Origin: Bacteroidota bacterium
GTDB taxonomy: Bacteria; Bacteroidota; Bacteroidia; Cytophagales; Cyclobacteriaceae
Length of the DNA stretch: 40,650 nucleotides
Assembly (NCBI GenBank): GCA_023417955.1
Contig: JAEZDW010000111.1
Coordinates: forward strand, 1-40,650
Direction of reading: 5' to 3'
Shown here: piece after piece, positions 27,839-38,380 of the stretch
How the letters are laid out: each line of letters begins with the position of its first letter
How positions within the stretch are numbered: the stretch's first letter is position 1
The notes under the pieces: model-generated
The model's input: only the letters and a program-made list of their open reading frames with translations
What the model was told of the DNA's origin: nothing
The model's database searches: none
Translations under genes and position numbers: made by a program

Positions 27839-29455
27839 CTATTCCGGCCTCACAACCTCAAACTCGGTTCTCATTACGAACCGTTTATTGCCGGAAACGC
27901 CGGCCAATTCAACTACGTACACACCCGTATCATCGCTCGTTGTAAAACTGATAGAAACACCAGCATCAACGGAGACCAGCGGCCTGTAAAAGAGCACATG
28001 CCGGAGGTCGGGAATCCGCGGGCCGGGACTTGAACCTGCCTTTGAAAAGCTATCCTGCTTATTCACACCCTGGACCCGCAGTGCGTTCTCAGAATCAATT
28101 CTGGTTGCAGCCGGATTAGTCGTCTCAATAGCCAAAACTCCATTCGCACCAATGTCTCCAAAACGGCCCAGATACCTTGACGATCTCAGCACGACGATCT
28201 TCTTTATCGAATGCGGATTCAGCTGCATTACCGCGTTAGTATTATTCGTCATAATTCCGTTAACTATAAAAACCGGGTCACGCTCTCCATAACCCTGCAA
28301 GTCTTTCAGGAAAATCCTCATTCGGTATGAATCAGCTTCCTTCCGAACCTTCACCATAGGAACAACATTCAGGATAATTTCTTCCATGGATTTGAAGGGC
28401 TCATACTTTTCCATTCGAACTTCATGATCGCCTTCAGGAAGATCTACCTCCACAGTGTTGCCTTTTTGACTTGCCGAAGTAAAAAAGCTAAAGGATTTTT
28501 GAATCACCTGGCGTTGGCGATTGTAGACAGTAAATTCATCCTTACCTCCAAATCGGGGCTTCACAGATTCGTCTGTTGACACCGATGGTTCCACAAGAAC
28601 GACTTTGTAATCATCAAGAATTCTGTCACGACGGCTTATTACATAAAAGACATCCTGCGAAGCGAAATTCTGGAACAACGGAAACCGGAAAGTACCATTG
28701 GAAGAAGTTAATACCGGGTAGACCTGATCATAACTGTTCAGATAAAACGTTACACGCAATGAGTCGGGCGCGGGCTCACCTGTTTGTTTTTGTACGACCT
28801 GCCCGGCAAAGTAGGACGGATACTTAAGGTTGTGCAACAGGTTCAGACTATCATTCAGGCTGACAGAACTTGACTCGTTAAGATTATACAATATTGATTT
28901 TCCGGGAAACAGACTTTTTCTGTACACACTTACGGAAACGACTACGGGTTCGCCTGCCTGATTTGGAAATGGACTAACTTCGAAATTGACCGGCTCGCGT
29001 GTAGCGTACGTACGTTTAAGTCCCTTCAATTCTGCTGCTGTCGAATCGACTGCAGCAGGCGAAGTACTGACAACACGCAACTCACCGGCTATAGGAAAAT
29101 CGCAGCTGTAGGGAATAATCTTCTGCTTCGTGCCGTACTCAAGAAACAATACAAGTTTGTAGACGCCAGGTTCAATATCTGCAGGAATAATGAATCGATT
29201 GAATGCGACGCCATTCTCAAACCAGAAACGTTCGTGCATTCGTTCAATGTTGTTATTATCCATCAATACGATATCGACAAGGGCACGGCGTTCGAAACCG
29301 GTCTTATTTGCAAACAAATGTCCGGCGAAGAACGCTGTATCGCCAGGGGCATATTGAGGCTGGCTGAAAACCAACACGGCGCCGACGTCATTGTCAGAAG
29401 GCGACTCACCAATGCCTGAAAGTGTTGATAGTATGAGAAGGAGGACGGTCAGCAT
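27839..29455 (-). CDS. Secreted macroglobulin(MG2)-like protein with an embedded TonB plug-like domain
   Basis: Signal peptide; PQYAPGDTAFF (MG2-like); PVFIVNG...LNPHSIKKIVVLR...GANGVLAIET (plug-like); PDLRHVLFYRP...FTTSDDTGVYVVELAG C-terminus. Confidence 0.65.
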   Translation of the reverse strand: MLTVLLLILSTLSGIGESPSDNDVGAVLVFSQPQYAPGDTAFFAGHLFANKTGFERRALVDIVLMDNNNIERMHERFWFENGVAFNRFIIPADIEPGVYKLVLFLEYGTKQKIIPYSCDFPIAGELRVVSTSPAAVDSTAAELKGLKRTYATREPVNFEVSPFPNQAGEPVVVSVSVYRKSLFPGKSILYNLNESSSVSLNDSLNLLHNLKYPSYFAGQVVQKQTGEPAPDSLRVTFYLNSYDQVYPVLTSSNGTFRFPLFQNFASQDVFYVISRRDRILDDYKVVLVEPSVSTDESVKPRFGGKDEFTVYNRQRQVIQKSFSFFTSASQKGNTVEVDLPEGDHEVRMEKYEPFKSMEEIILNVVPMVKVRKEADSYRMRIFLKDLQGYGERDPVFIVNGIMTNNTNAVMQLNPHSIKKIVVLRSSRYLGRFGDIGANGVLAIETTNPAATRIDSENALRVQGVNKQDSFSKAGSSPGPRIPDLRHVLFYRPLVSVDAGVSISFTTSDDTGVYVVELAGVSGNKRFVMRTEFEVVRPE

Positions 29456-29458
29456 ATT

Positions 29459-30538
29459 TTACCAGAATGGGGGTCTTTCCGTTGTGGGATTCTTAAAGTA
29501 GTCAAGGCAACTGAAAGGAACGAGCTCAGGTTCTCCTGGTTCATAAGGGATAGACGCGGGGTCGATGTAGTGCGTGTATGTTGTTACTGCAGAGACACTG
29601 AATATTCCCAGCACTTCTTCATCAGGATCGGTTGTGCAGGTCATATTACCTCGAACGCGGAATGCATTTGGCTGAAACAGATCAGTCGATCCTTTCTGTT
29701 GCTTTTCAACAAGGTTCCAAAAATCGTATACTTCCTCTGACAGGCTGAACTGATCAACCTCGATATAATACTTTTCGTAAAAGTGCATTGCGGACAGGGG
29801 AATCGAGCCAAGGAACTGGTCGTTGAAGTCAAGTTCATTTGCGAATGAATTCTGCGAAACAAATGCGCCCTCGCTGTAGTTGTAAGACCAGCAAATGCAA
29901 CAGGTGCACTCTCCAACCTGAACGAGTTGACCATTCTGAATGAGATAACCGCTGCAGGGCTCAGGCTCCGGAATCGCTCCTCCGGGTGTTAGTCTTACTT
30001 TCTGTTCAGGGTTTGCCTTTGTCGTGTGGATTGTCGTCCATCTCCAACGAAGAAGGTTGTCGTAACCCACTTCACCCCTTGCGTCAACATAAATATCAAG
30101 TCTTGGACCGTCTGACGAGGATTGATTCAATGCCAGGTCAAGCTCCTCGATTTGCCCCGCAGGCTTGATCGTTTGCAGAGGTGATTCATATTCGCGATCA
30201 GCGGACATAATGTGAAGTTTATACGCCTTCCCGATTTCTCCTGTCAATTCGGGACCTGAGCGATAACGCCCCGAAGCAAACTCGGTCAGGGCGTAGCTCG
30301 CGCCTTCGTCGTCTATGATTGAAACGGATGCCCCCTGGACCGGTTCGAATGCCGTCAGTTTCGACGTACCTAAGCGATGCGAATAATACAGACGCACTTC
30401 GTAGGGGCCTGGCTTGTCTGTCATCAGGCCATCTACGACGAGCACGCGTTTGCTATCGGATGCATCTGTAATGGTTAGTGGATCAACGCACGCCGCAACA
30501 ATAAAAAAGAGAAACAACGCCTTAGCAAATCGTCCCAT
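29459..30538 (-). CDS. DUF4249-family lipoprotein
   Basis: Lipobox IVAA-CVDP; LVVDGLMTD, GKAYKLHI, QFSLSEEVYDFW, GNM....DPDEEVLGIFSVS; C-terminal PPFW. Confidence 0.85.
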   Translation of the reverse strand: MGRFAKALFLFFIVAACVDPLTITDASDSKRVLVVDGLMTDKPGPYEVRLYYSHRLGTSKLTAFEPVQGASVSIIDDEGASYALTEFASGRYRSGPELTGEIGKAYKLHIMSADREYESPLQTIKPAGQIEELDLALNQSSSDGPRLDIYVDARGEVGYDNLLRWRWTTIHTTKANPEQKVRLTPGGAIPEPEPCSGYLIQNGQLVQVGECTCCICWSYNYSEGAFVSQNSFANELDFNDQFLGSIPLSAMHFYEKYYIEVDQFSLSEEVYDFWNLVEKQQKGSTDLFQPNAFRVRGNMTCTTDPDEEVLGIFSVSAVTTYTHYIDPASIPYEPGEPELVPFSCLDYFKNPTTERPPFW

Positions 30539-30539
30539 A

Positions 30540-33221
30540 TCAGAACTTGATTTTATATGCTATCGATGGAACCGGAATTCCGATCAATGCAATTTGTTTT
30601 GGTTTAACAGCTCCAGACACGTTGTATTCGAAGAAAGCTGAATAAGGATTTTTTCTTCCGTACACGTTATAAACAGAGAGCGACCATTCCCCTGTAATCC
30701 GTTTGCTCTTTTTGTTACTGCCTTCGACAACCAAAGCCAGGTCGAGCCGGTGGTAGTCGTCAAGCCGGTAGTTATTTCGTTCCGTGAAGTCGATTACCGG
30801 CACGTGATTGACTTCATACGCCGCGATCGGAACCGAAATTGGTCTTCCGGTGCGGTAGGTGAATATACCGGAGAAGAAAGCTTTACGCGCAATCTGGTAG
30901 CGCCAGTCGATATTCAAAATGTTCGGCTGATCATAGTTTGCCGCATACCAATCGCCGTTGTTAATTTTCTCACGTTCAAATTGTCCGTTAATCTTACGAA
31001 GTGAACGTGAATAGGTGTAGTTGATCCTGCCTTCCAATCTGCCTTTTGTTTTTGCCAATGTAACCTCGACTCCATACGCTTTGCCAATACCCTGAAGAAG
31101 TGACGTTTCAAGAGCAGGGTTCAGAATAAGGTTGGCGCCGTCTTTGAAATCAGGAATATTTTTTATGTGCTTATAAAATGATTCGACGGAAAACTGATAA
31201 CCCCGTTTGCCATCTTTCGATATGCCAAAAGAGAACTGGTCAGCTATTTGGGGTTTGAAGTATGTATCACTCGATTGCCAGATATCGGTTGGTGTAACGG
31301 TAGCGGTATTCGAAACGAGGTGCAGGTATTGATATATCCTGTTGAATCCCAACTTAAGCGATGCATTCGGAGTTAACGAGTATCGCACCGAAAGCCGCGG
31401 CTCCGGTCCGCCATACGTCTTTACGACACCTCCGTCATGCACAACAGAATCAGTTATGTTTCGCGGTTCACGCGGACGGTCAGGCAAATACTGATAGACT
31501 AGATCTTTTCCAATCCGGTTATAAAGCGTAAGTCGAACTCCCGCCTCTACGGTAAACCTGTCTGCCGGTGTGAAGCTATCGCTTATGTAAATGGCTGACT
31601 CTACAGAAGTTTCGCGGGGCATTGAAATATTTCTGCTGTTGGACTCTGAAGAAGTAGCCGAAAGGTCTCCGGGTTTAAGCATATACAGCGTGTGCTGAGT
31701 ACCCAATGTGATTTTGTGTTTTCCTTCCTGAACCACCTCAAAATTTAACGACGGATACGTAATGCCATACTTAAGTTTATACGAAGTTTCAGGCTGGGGC
31801 TCACTAACCTGGTATGCATACCTGCCAACGTTGAAGCCAACGTTAAAGTACCTGTCATATCCAAGCATACGGTCGTAACGAACTCCGAATGCAAGATTCT
31901 GCCATCTGTTCAATGTATCATTCACCAACCTGAACTGGTCGTCACTCGCATACAAGGTAGCTGATAGCCTTTCGTTTTCCGAGAGCTTCCTGGTATATCG
32001 GATGGATGCATCGTAAAATTGCATTGAGCTTTCGCGGATGTCGTCATAGTTTTTATGGAGCGCATTGAGTAACCAGTTTCCATAACTGCCACGGAGCGAA
32101 ATCATGATTGATGATTCATCCTTCTTGATTGGCCCGCCAACGGTTATGCTACTTGAAATCAGACCTGCTTCTATTTCACCGCCCCAACGTTCGTAGCTGC
32201 CTTCCCTCGAACCGAGACTGAGCACGGATGAGACACGTCCGCCATACTCTGCAGGAATACCGCCCTTGTAAAATGAAATATCCTGAATAGCATTGGAATT
32301 GAAGGCAGAAAAGAAACCGAAAGCATGAGACGCATTAAAAATCGGAATTCCATCAATAAGGATAAGGTTTTGGTCAACACTTCCGCCCCTTACATTGAAC
32401 CCTGTGGATGCTTCACTTGTTGATGAAACTCCGGCCTGAATTTGCAATGACTTCACGATGTCCGCGGTACCGAGAAAAGAAGGCGAACGTGTCAGTTCTA
32501 CTTTTCGAATTGGTGTAAATCCGATTCTGCGGTTGACAATGTTTTGATCAGAAACAACGACTTCATCGAGGACGATAGACTTCTCGACCATGGGGACCTT
32601 AAAATTGCCACTCTCATAAGCATCGAGGCTCACCATATATTCGTCGAAGTTTGGTGCGTTGAACGTGAGCAAATATTCACCAGGCGGAACGACAATTTCA
32701 AAGCGGCCTTCATGATCGGAGGTTGTCTTTACGCCGGCGCCATCCAATGTTACAAACGCCCCCGGAAGGGCGGCCTGTTCAAATTTGTTGATCACAGTTC
32801 CCCTTACTACGACCTTCTGACCCGGACGTATGTTCTCATTGGAACCGAGAACAACTTTTTCGATCTGCACCTTTCTTTCCGAAGCCGCCTTGAGGATTTC
32901 GTCTTGTCTTAGTGTTCGCTCAGGATCCTTAAAAAGGATGACAGCATAATCATGGAGGAGGACAAAACTAATTTCGGATCCCTCCAGCGTTCGGCTGAGA
33001 ATAGCATTCAGGGAAAGCTTGTTAAGTTCTTTTGGAACAACGTATGGTTTGATCCACTCTTCCATGAAGAAAAATCTGAGCGGTGTTTTTTCTTCAAGGT
33101 CTTCAATGAACTCGATGAGTGGCTTGTCGTCCTGAACTTCAACAGTTTGGTTTAGTTGAGCAGAGACGTAGAAGCACGATAACAATACAAGAAGTAAAGT
33201 GAATAAAAATCCCCGCATCAT
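30540..33221 (-). CDS. TonB-dependent receptor (non-SusC) with STN-like and CarboxypepD_reg-like N-terminal domains
   Basis: GFNVRGGSVDQNLILIDG, FYKGGIPAEYGGRVSSVL, YHRLDL, YNVYGRKN; C-terminal Phe. Confidence 0.92.
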   Translation of the reverse strand: MMRGFLFTLLLVLLSCFYVSAQLNQTVEVQDDKPLIEFIEDLEEKTPLRFFFMEEWIKPYVVPKELNKLSLNAILSRTLEGSEISFVLLHDYAVILFKDPERTLRQDEILKAASERKVQIEKVVLGSNENIRPGQKVVVRGTVINKFEQAALPGAFVTLDGAGVKTTSDHEGRFEIVVPPGEYLLTFNAPNFDEYMVSLDAYESGNFKVPMVEKSIVLDEVVVSDQNIVNRRIGFTPIRKVELTRSPSFLGTADIVKSLQIQAGVSSTSEASTGFNVRGGSVDQNLILIDGIPIFNASHAFGFFSAFNSNAIQDISFYKGGIPAEYGGRVSSVLSLGSREGSYERWGGEIEAGLISSSITVGGPIKKDESSIMISLRGSYGNWLLNALHKNYDDIRESSMQFYDASIRYTRKLSENERLSATLYASDDQFRLVNDTLNRWQNLAFGVRYDRMLGYDRYFNVGFNVGRYAYQVSEPQPETSYKLKYGITYPSLNFEVVQEGKHKITLGTQHTLYMLKPGDLSATSSESNSRNISMPRETSVESAIYISDSFTPADRFTVEAGVRLTLYNRIGKDLVYQYLPDRPREPRNITDSVVHDGGVVKTYGGPEPRLSVRYSLTPNASLKLGFNRIYQYLHLVSNTATVTPTDIWQSSDTYFKPQIADQFSFGISKDGKRGYQFSVESFYKHIKNIPDFKDGANLILNPALETSLLQGIGKAYGVEVTLAKTKGRLEGRINYTYSRSLRKINGQFEREKINNGDWYAANYDQPNILNIDWRYQIARKAFFSGIFTYRTGRPISVPIAAYEVNHVPVIDFTERNNYRLDDYHRLDLALVVEGSNKKSKRITGEWSLSVYNVYGRKNPYSAFFEYNVSGAVKPKQIALIGIPVPSIAYKIKF

Positions 33222-33243
33222 CAGCGCAAAAGAAGGTACAACT

Positions 33244-33283
33244 CAAAAATAAGAAGGAGTAAACTTGTCCTGAACACAGGACA
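33244..33283 (-). promoter_or_regulatory. Candidate -7 box and palindromic site upstream of the TonB-dependent receptor
   Basis: TATTTTTG on the minus strand (33244-33251) and the perfect inverted repeat TGTCCTG-aaca-CAGGACA (33266-33283). Confidence 0.4.
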
Positions 33284-33294
33284 GGATAAACGGC

Positions 33295-33330
33295 AAAAAA
33301 AAAGAGGGTATGAAAATTCATACCCTCTTT
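33295..33330 (-). terminator. Rho-independent terminator after susD (33344-34882)
   Basis: AAAGAGGGTATGA...TCATACCCTCTTT stem with an A9 tract (33295-33303), read as U9 on the minus strand. Confidence 0.92.
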
Positions 33331-33343
33331 GATTAATCATGCT

Positions 33344-34882
33344 TTATTCAACATCCCACCAGACGCGACCGGTCAAATCGTCAGCGGCAAAGCCCTGACG
33401 TGAGAGGGCCGCAGCGTGGTTAGCTGCATTCTGAGACGCTTCGTTCAGTCCGTACGCCTGTCTGCGCGGAATCTGAAGGTTCGGAGTCAGTGCGTTATCA
33501 GGAGCAGCCAGGTTCGGGAACCCGGTTCTTCTCCATTCAGACCAAGCTTCATAACCATTCGGGAACATCGCGATCCACTTTTGCGTGATGATTTGCTCAA
33601 GAGCATTGCCTGCGTCGAACGCAACAATGCTGTTCAGCATATAGTCATCGAAACCGTCTTCAACACCCCATTGTTCGAGTGAAGCATAGATGCCCTGCTC
33701 ATAGTATTCTTCTGCAGTCATCGCGTTGATCCACCCTCTGTGTGCACCTTCAGCAAGAATGAAGGCCACCTGGGCAGATGTGAAGATGTAGGCAGGAGAA
33801 TTCTGTTGACGGAATGTGCTTCCGAGGTAAGAAATCTGCGCAGCAGGAACCGATCCGGCTTGAGCTTCCGTGTAGCCATAAGGCATACCGATGTATGTAT
33901 CCGCAGTGTTCTCGATAGGATTAGCATATACAGGAAGACGAGGATCACGTGCTACATCCAACTGGCCAGTTTGTGACTTGTATGGATGGCTTGCACTGTA
34001 ATCAGCCTTGTGCGGGCTTTCATAACTATCAAGTTGCATCAGGTTCATCAGCGGATCCGCAATAGTCCAGTCGCGACGGCCAAGCGTAACGAAAGAGTTG
34101 TAATACGGATTCTCATAGGTCTGTACATTCAAATATCTGAAGCGGATGTTCTCCGAGTTGTCCAACGCGATAACACCGTCACTGAATGCATCAGCAAATT
34201 CTGTCGCCGCTGTGCTTGGGGCAACCTTTGACAGTCTGAGTGCTGCGTTAAGACGGATTGTGTTCGCGAATTTAATCCAAAGGCTCATGTCTCCGCCAAG
34301 CAGTGCATCGCCAGCAACGCTGTTGTCGCTGACATCAATCATTGCTGCTGCATCTTTAAGAGATTGGATGCTCTTCTCATAAATCTGCTGTTGTGTATCA
34401 AACACCGGACGAAGTAAACCTTCAGTACCCTTCAGGGCTTCTTCGTAAGGCAAATCGCCCCAGCGGTCAGTCATGTGCAGGTAATAGTATGCCATGAGAA
34501 TCTTCGCCATCGCGATTTGATTCTCATTCTTACCATCAATTGAAACTCCATCCTTTTGAGCCTCATCGGTATTCATGTCGATGATCTTTTTCAAGTCCAT
34601 CAACGGGCCACTATAAAATCCATCGCTCGCAAAGTTGATGGTCTGATAGTTATCTCCTGAGGTGTACTGCTTATTAGCCACGTACTGTGCATACAAAGCA
34701 GCCTGTGTGGAGAGGTTAATGCCTCCTAGCGAAATTATCGCATTGGTAAGCAGCGCGCTGGTCCGGGGAGTAGTTGACTGGTTTGGATTGACGTTAATCT
34801 CAGGCAACTCATCCCATGTACAAGACGCCACGACAAACGTAAGTGCCAGCGGCAGTCCTGTTAATATTCTTTTTACATTCAT
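33344..34882 (-). CDS. susD: SusD/RagB family lipoprotein (SusD-like_2 type)
   Basis: Lipobox VVAS-CTWD; INVNPN, WGDLPYEEAL, WIKFANTIRL, IITQKWIAMF, EAWSEWRRTGFP; C-terminal RVWWD. Confidence 0.95.
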   Translation of the reverse strand: MNVKRILTGLPLALTFVVASCTWDELPEINVNPNQSTTPRTSALLTNAIISLGGINLSTQAALYAQYVANKQYTSGDNYQTINFASDGFYSGPLMDLKKIIDMNTDEAQKDGVSIDGKNENQIAMAKILMAYYYLHMTDRWGDLPYEEALKGTEGLLRPVFDTQQQIYEKSIQSLKDAAAMIDVSDNSVAGDALLGGDMSLWIKFANTIRLNAALRLSKVAPSTAATEFADAFSDGVIALDNSENIRFRYLNVQTYENPYYNSFVTLGRRDWTIADPLMNLMQLDSYESPHKADYSASHPYKSQTGQLDVARDPRLPVYANPIENTADTYIGMPYGYTEAQAGSVPAAQISYLGSTFRQQNSPAYIFTSAQVAFILAEGAHRGWINAMTAEEYYEQGIYASLEQWGVEDGFDDYMLNSIVAFDAGNALEQIITQKWIAMFPNGYEAWSEWRRTGFPNLAAPDNALTPNLQIPRRQAYGLNEASQNAANHAAALSRQGFAADDLTGRVWWDVE

Positions 34883-34889
34883 AACTGCG

Positions 34890-37800
34890 TTAGAATTTAA
34901 GTCTCAAATCAAATCCATAAGAGCGGGTACCAGGAAGGTTTCCACTTTCTACCCATGCAGCGTTGTTTCTCGATTCGATGGTGTCCCCGCTAATTTCTGA
35001 CGGGTCGATGCCATCAACCTTAGAGTGAATGAGGAACGGGTTGGTTGCAACGAATGCAAGAGAAGCACCTTTGATGAATCCTGTTTTCGCCAGGAAGTCC
35101 TTCGAAAAGTTATACCCAAGCCTGAGTTCGCGCATCTTTACAAAAGTCGCGTCATAGAGCCATTGTTCAGATACACCGAAGAGCGCACCGTAGTATGATT
35201 GTGCATCGACGTAGATATCGTTCGGAGTTCCGTCAGCGAATACACCACCAAAGGTAAGTCCGCCACCTTCACTCGGATCATCACGCATATTACCCCCTCT
35301 GTCGTTCGTGCCAACTGTTTCAGCAGTAAGTCCGGAATAAGCTCCGAACATTTTGGAGATTGACATGAACTTGCCACCGATCTGGTAGTCAATGGTGAAC
35401 GACGCCTCGAAATTTTTGTAAGTAAAGCGGTTGAAAATACCACCTGTGAAGTCAGGAAGGATATGACCGAGATCCTGGTTAGCGTCTGTGAGCGGTAAAC
35501 CTGAGGCATTTACGATGACGTTTCCGTTGTCATCGCGGCGGAGTTTGCGTCCGACAATCACACCCCACTCTTCGTTTTCACGAGCGAATGCGCGACCATC
35601 CCATCCTCCAAGGCCTGAAGTTCCACGGAACGCATTTTCAAGGTTGAAAGCCGAAATGTCAACGTCACCAAAATCCTGGATGAATACCGTGTTCTTCGCA
35701 ATATTAAAGTTCACATCCCAGGAGAATCCTCTATCATTTCTAAAAGGTGAACCTCCGATTGAGAGCTCCCAGCCACGAGTGTACGACTTGATCGAGTTAG
35801 TCAGATAAGTTGTACCACCAGATACTGCCGGTACCGGGATCTCGATGAGTTCATTCTCGTTGTTTTGGTTATAGTACGAGAATTCAGTGTGAATTCTGTT
35901 GTCAAGGAATCCTAATTCAAAACCAACCTCTACTGATTCTGTGGTAGCCGCACGGAGCGCGGGATCGACGAGGTTGTTCGGAACACCCATAACTGAATTT
36001 CCGTCATATGGCACGCCGAGACCGTAGGTAGGAGTCAACCTGTAAGCACCGATCTCGTTTCCAACTTTCGCATAACTCGTGCGCAGTTTACCGAAAGAAA
36101 GCCATGGAACATCGACAAGCTCAGAGAAAACAAATGAGAGCGAGGCGGAAGGGTAGGTATAGGCGTTCTTACCGATAGGCAAGCGTGAATCATAATCTTC
36201 ACGCATTGTAGCATCAAGGAATACTATGTCACGCCAGCCCAGCGAGAGGTTTGCAAACCAGCTGTTCACTTTATACAGCTCGATATAGTTTGATGCAATG
36301 TAGGGATCTTTTGAGTTTGAGATCGTATACAGATCCGGGAGCACAAGACCACCTGATGTTGTCAGGCTTTGATAATCACGTGTATTCTTCCGGTAGTTGA
36401 ACCCTACGTTCGCAAATACTGAAAAGTCCTCGAAGCGTTTATCGAAGCTCAACATACCCTGGAGGTTGTCTTCAACGCGCTCATCGTTAGAAGTTCCAAA
36501 CGCTCCTAATCCGTAACGCAAACCATTGGCCACGCGATTGTAATAAACGTCGTTGCGTGAATTGCGCGTTGCATTGAGGGAAGCTGAGAGGCCGTCTATG
36601 ATCTGATAAGTCAAACCAAATTTTGCACTAAGCACATCGCGTTCTCTTTCCTCATAAGCTGCGTACAGATATGTGTAAGGGTTATCCCAGTACAGCGGTT
36701 CAGAGTCTGTTGGCGAATTGATGTTCCAGGAAGTGAATCTTCCGTCAGGCATTTTCCAGTACTTCTTAAGAAGATTGACGTCAAGCTGACGCTGGAACCA
36801 TTGGTTGAGGTTAGATCCAATACTGTTATAACCTTCGAAAAGGTTACCTTTTGTATAAGACTGGCTGTAGTTCGCAGCTGCTTCTACGCTAAGTTTCTTA
36901 GACAATTTTGCAGTCAGGAACAAGTTCAGGAACGTTTTGTCCTGCTCTGTATTTTCCATTACACCAGTACGTGTTGACCGTGTTGCAGTAGCATTGATTG
37001 AGTATGAATCGCTGCTCTTTGATATGGTCAGACCCGTATTGTTCATCACACCTGTGCGGAAGAAATCGCGCACGTTGTTGGGTTGAGGTGACCACGGACG
37101 TGTTTTTCCGTAGCCCGCTGTTCCGGGAGTAAATGCATCCCACTGCGCTACCTGGCGTCCGTCAAGTTTAGGACCCCAGCTTTCGTCAGCTCCGAAGTAA
37201 GGATAAGGAGCTCCATCAAGACCAGCAAGTGCGGGATCGTGGATGTTTGGATCATAGTTAAACGTGAAGAAGTCCTGATCGTAACCACCACCATATTCAT
37301 TCTGATATTCAGGCAGAACATATACGTTCTCGAATGTAGTTGTGTGGTTTAAGTCGATGGAAATTTGTTCTGTCTTTCCACCTTTCTTACTAGTAAGCAC
37401 AATTACACCTTCACGTGCACGTGAACCATACAAAGCGGCAGCGTTAGCACCTTTAAGCACGTTAACGCTAGCGACGTTGTCCATGTTAACGGACGTCGGG
37501 TCATCGACTACGATACCATCCAATACATAAAGGGGAGTTCCACCGCTGATTCCACGGAGACCGCGGATACGGATGGCAGGCGCACCGAACTTCGCACCCG
37601 AACCAGAAACGATTTGCACACCGGCAATCTTACCGGCAAGTGCTCCGTTTATGTTCTGTTCACGAGCGACACGGATATTGTCGCCAGTCACTTGCTGGGT
37701 TGCGTAACCAAGGGACGCCTTGTCACGCTCAATGTTCAGCGCCGTTACAACAACTTCACTGAGTTGCTGAACATCTTGCGCCATTGCCACATCAATAGTT

Positions 37801-38069
37801 GTTCTTCCACTGATGCCAACTTCCTGCGTTTTCAGACCAATGAATGTGAAGACAAGGGTTCCTGTTGAGGGCGCCGAAAGAGTGAATCTTCCTTCAGCAT
37901 CTGTTACTGTCCCGTCCGTGGTACCTTTTACAACGACGTTTACACCCGGAAGTCCGGATCCGTCGTCTGCAGAAGTCACCCGTCCGCTGACGGTACTCTC
38001 CTGTGCCCATGCGGCCCCGGAGGCCAGCAGGAACACCGCTGCTAAGCATAAGAGTAGAGTTCTCTTCAT
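34890..38069 (-). CDS. susC: SusC/RagA TonB-dependent transporter
   Basis: Signal peptide; CarboxypepD_reg-like domain; VLKGANAAALYGSRAREGVIVLTSKKG; SWGPKLDG; C-terminal Phe. Confidence 0.96.
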   Translation of the reverse strand: MKRTLLLCLAAVFLLASGAAWAQESTVSGRVTSADDGSGLPGVNVVVKGTTDGTVTDAEGRFTLSAPSTGTLVFTFIGLKTQEVGISGRTTIDVAMAQDVQQLSEVVVTALNIERDKASLGYATQQVTGDNIRVAREQNINGALAGKIAGVQIVSGSGAKFGAPAIRIRGLRGISGGTPLYVLDGIVVDDPTSVNMDNVASVNVLKGANAAALYGSRAREGVIVLTSKKGGKTEQISIDLNHTTTFENVYVLPEYQNEYGGGYDQDFFTFNYDPNIHDPALAGLDGAPYPYFGADESWGPKLDGRQVAQWDAFTPGTAGYGKTRPWSPQPNNVRDFFRTGVMNNTGLTISKSSDSYSINATATRSTRTGVMENTEQDKTFLNLFLTAKLSKKLSVEAAANYSQSYTKGNLFEGYNSIGSNLNQWFQRQLDVNLLKKYWKMPDGRFTSWNINSPTDSEPLYWDNPYTYLYAAYEERERDVLSAKFGLTYQIIDGLSASLNATRNSRNDVYYNRVANGLRYGLGAFGTSNDERVEDNLQGMLSFDKRFEDFSVFANVGFNYRKNTRDYQSLTTSGGLVLPDLYTISNSKDPYIASNYIELYKVNSWFANLSLGWRDIVFLDATMREDYDSRLPIGKNAYTYPSASLSFVFSELVDVPWLSFGKLRTSYAKVGNEIGAYRLTPTYGLGVPYDGNSVMGVPNNLVDPALRAATTESVEVGFELGFLDNRIHTEFSYYNQNNENELIEIPVPAVSGGTTYLTNSIKSYTRGWELSIGGSPFRNDRGFSWDVNFNIAKNTVFIQDFGDVDISAFNLENAFRGTSGLGGWDGRAFARENEEWGVIVGRKLRRDDNGNVIVNASGLPLTDANQDLGHILPDFTGGIFNRFTYKNFEASFTIDYQIGGKFMSISKMFGAYSGLTAETVGTNDRGGNMRDDPSEGGGLTFGGVFADGTPNDIYVDAQSYYGALFGVSEQWLYDATFVKMRELRLGYNFSKDFLAKTGFIKGASLAFVATNPFLIHSKVDGIDPSEISGDTIESRNNAAWVESGNLPGTRSYGFDLRLKF

Positions 38070-38106
38070 ACGATTTAGGATTAGGTTAATAAATTATTAG
38101 GTGAAC

Positions 38107-38137
38107 CAAACTTAGAATAAATCTTGAATACCCCGAA
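38107..38137 (-). promoter_or_regulatory. Primary-sigma promoter for susC (34890-38069)
   Basis: Minus strand TTCG-N19-TAAGTTTG, with the -7 box at 38107-38114. Confidence 0.7.
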
Positions 38138-38322
38138 ACGCGTTAGGAAAAAAGTGAGCGACATTGTGAAATTTTTTATGGGATTTCAGCCCTTTAAATG
38201 GCGAAATCGTTTGAATTTCAGCTAAAAACGCAGGTTTTATTAGGAATAAAAGTTTAAACAGAAATCAATGTGTTGCTCGCTTTATGAGCCGGAATACCGT
38301 CATTTATCCCCCATTTTAAGCG

Positions 38323-38353
38323 AAAAAGCCACCCCAGCATGGCTGAGGTGGCT
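38323..38353 (-). terminator. Rho-independent terminator after susD (38381-39796)
   Basis: Minus strand AGCCACCUCAGC-cau-GCUGGGGUGGCU followed by UUUU. Confidence 0.85.
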
Positions 38354-38380
38354 ATTCGATGGTAAGCAGGTATGACGACT

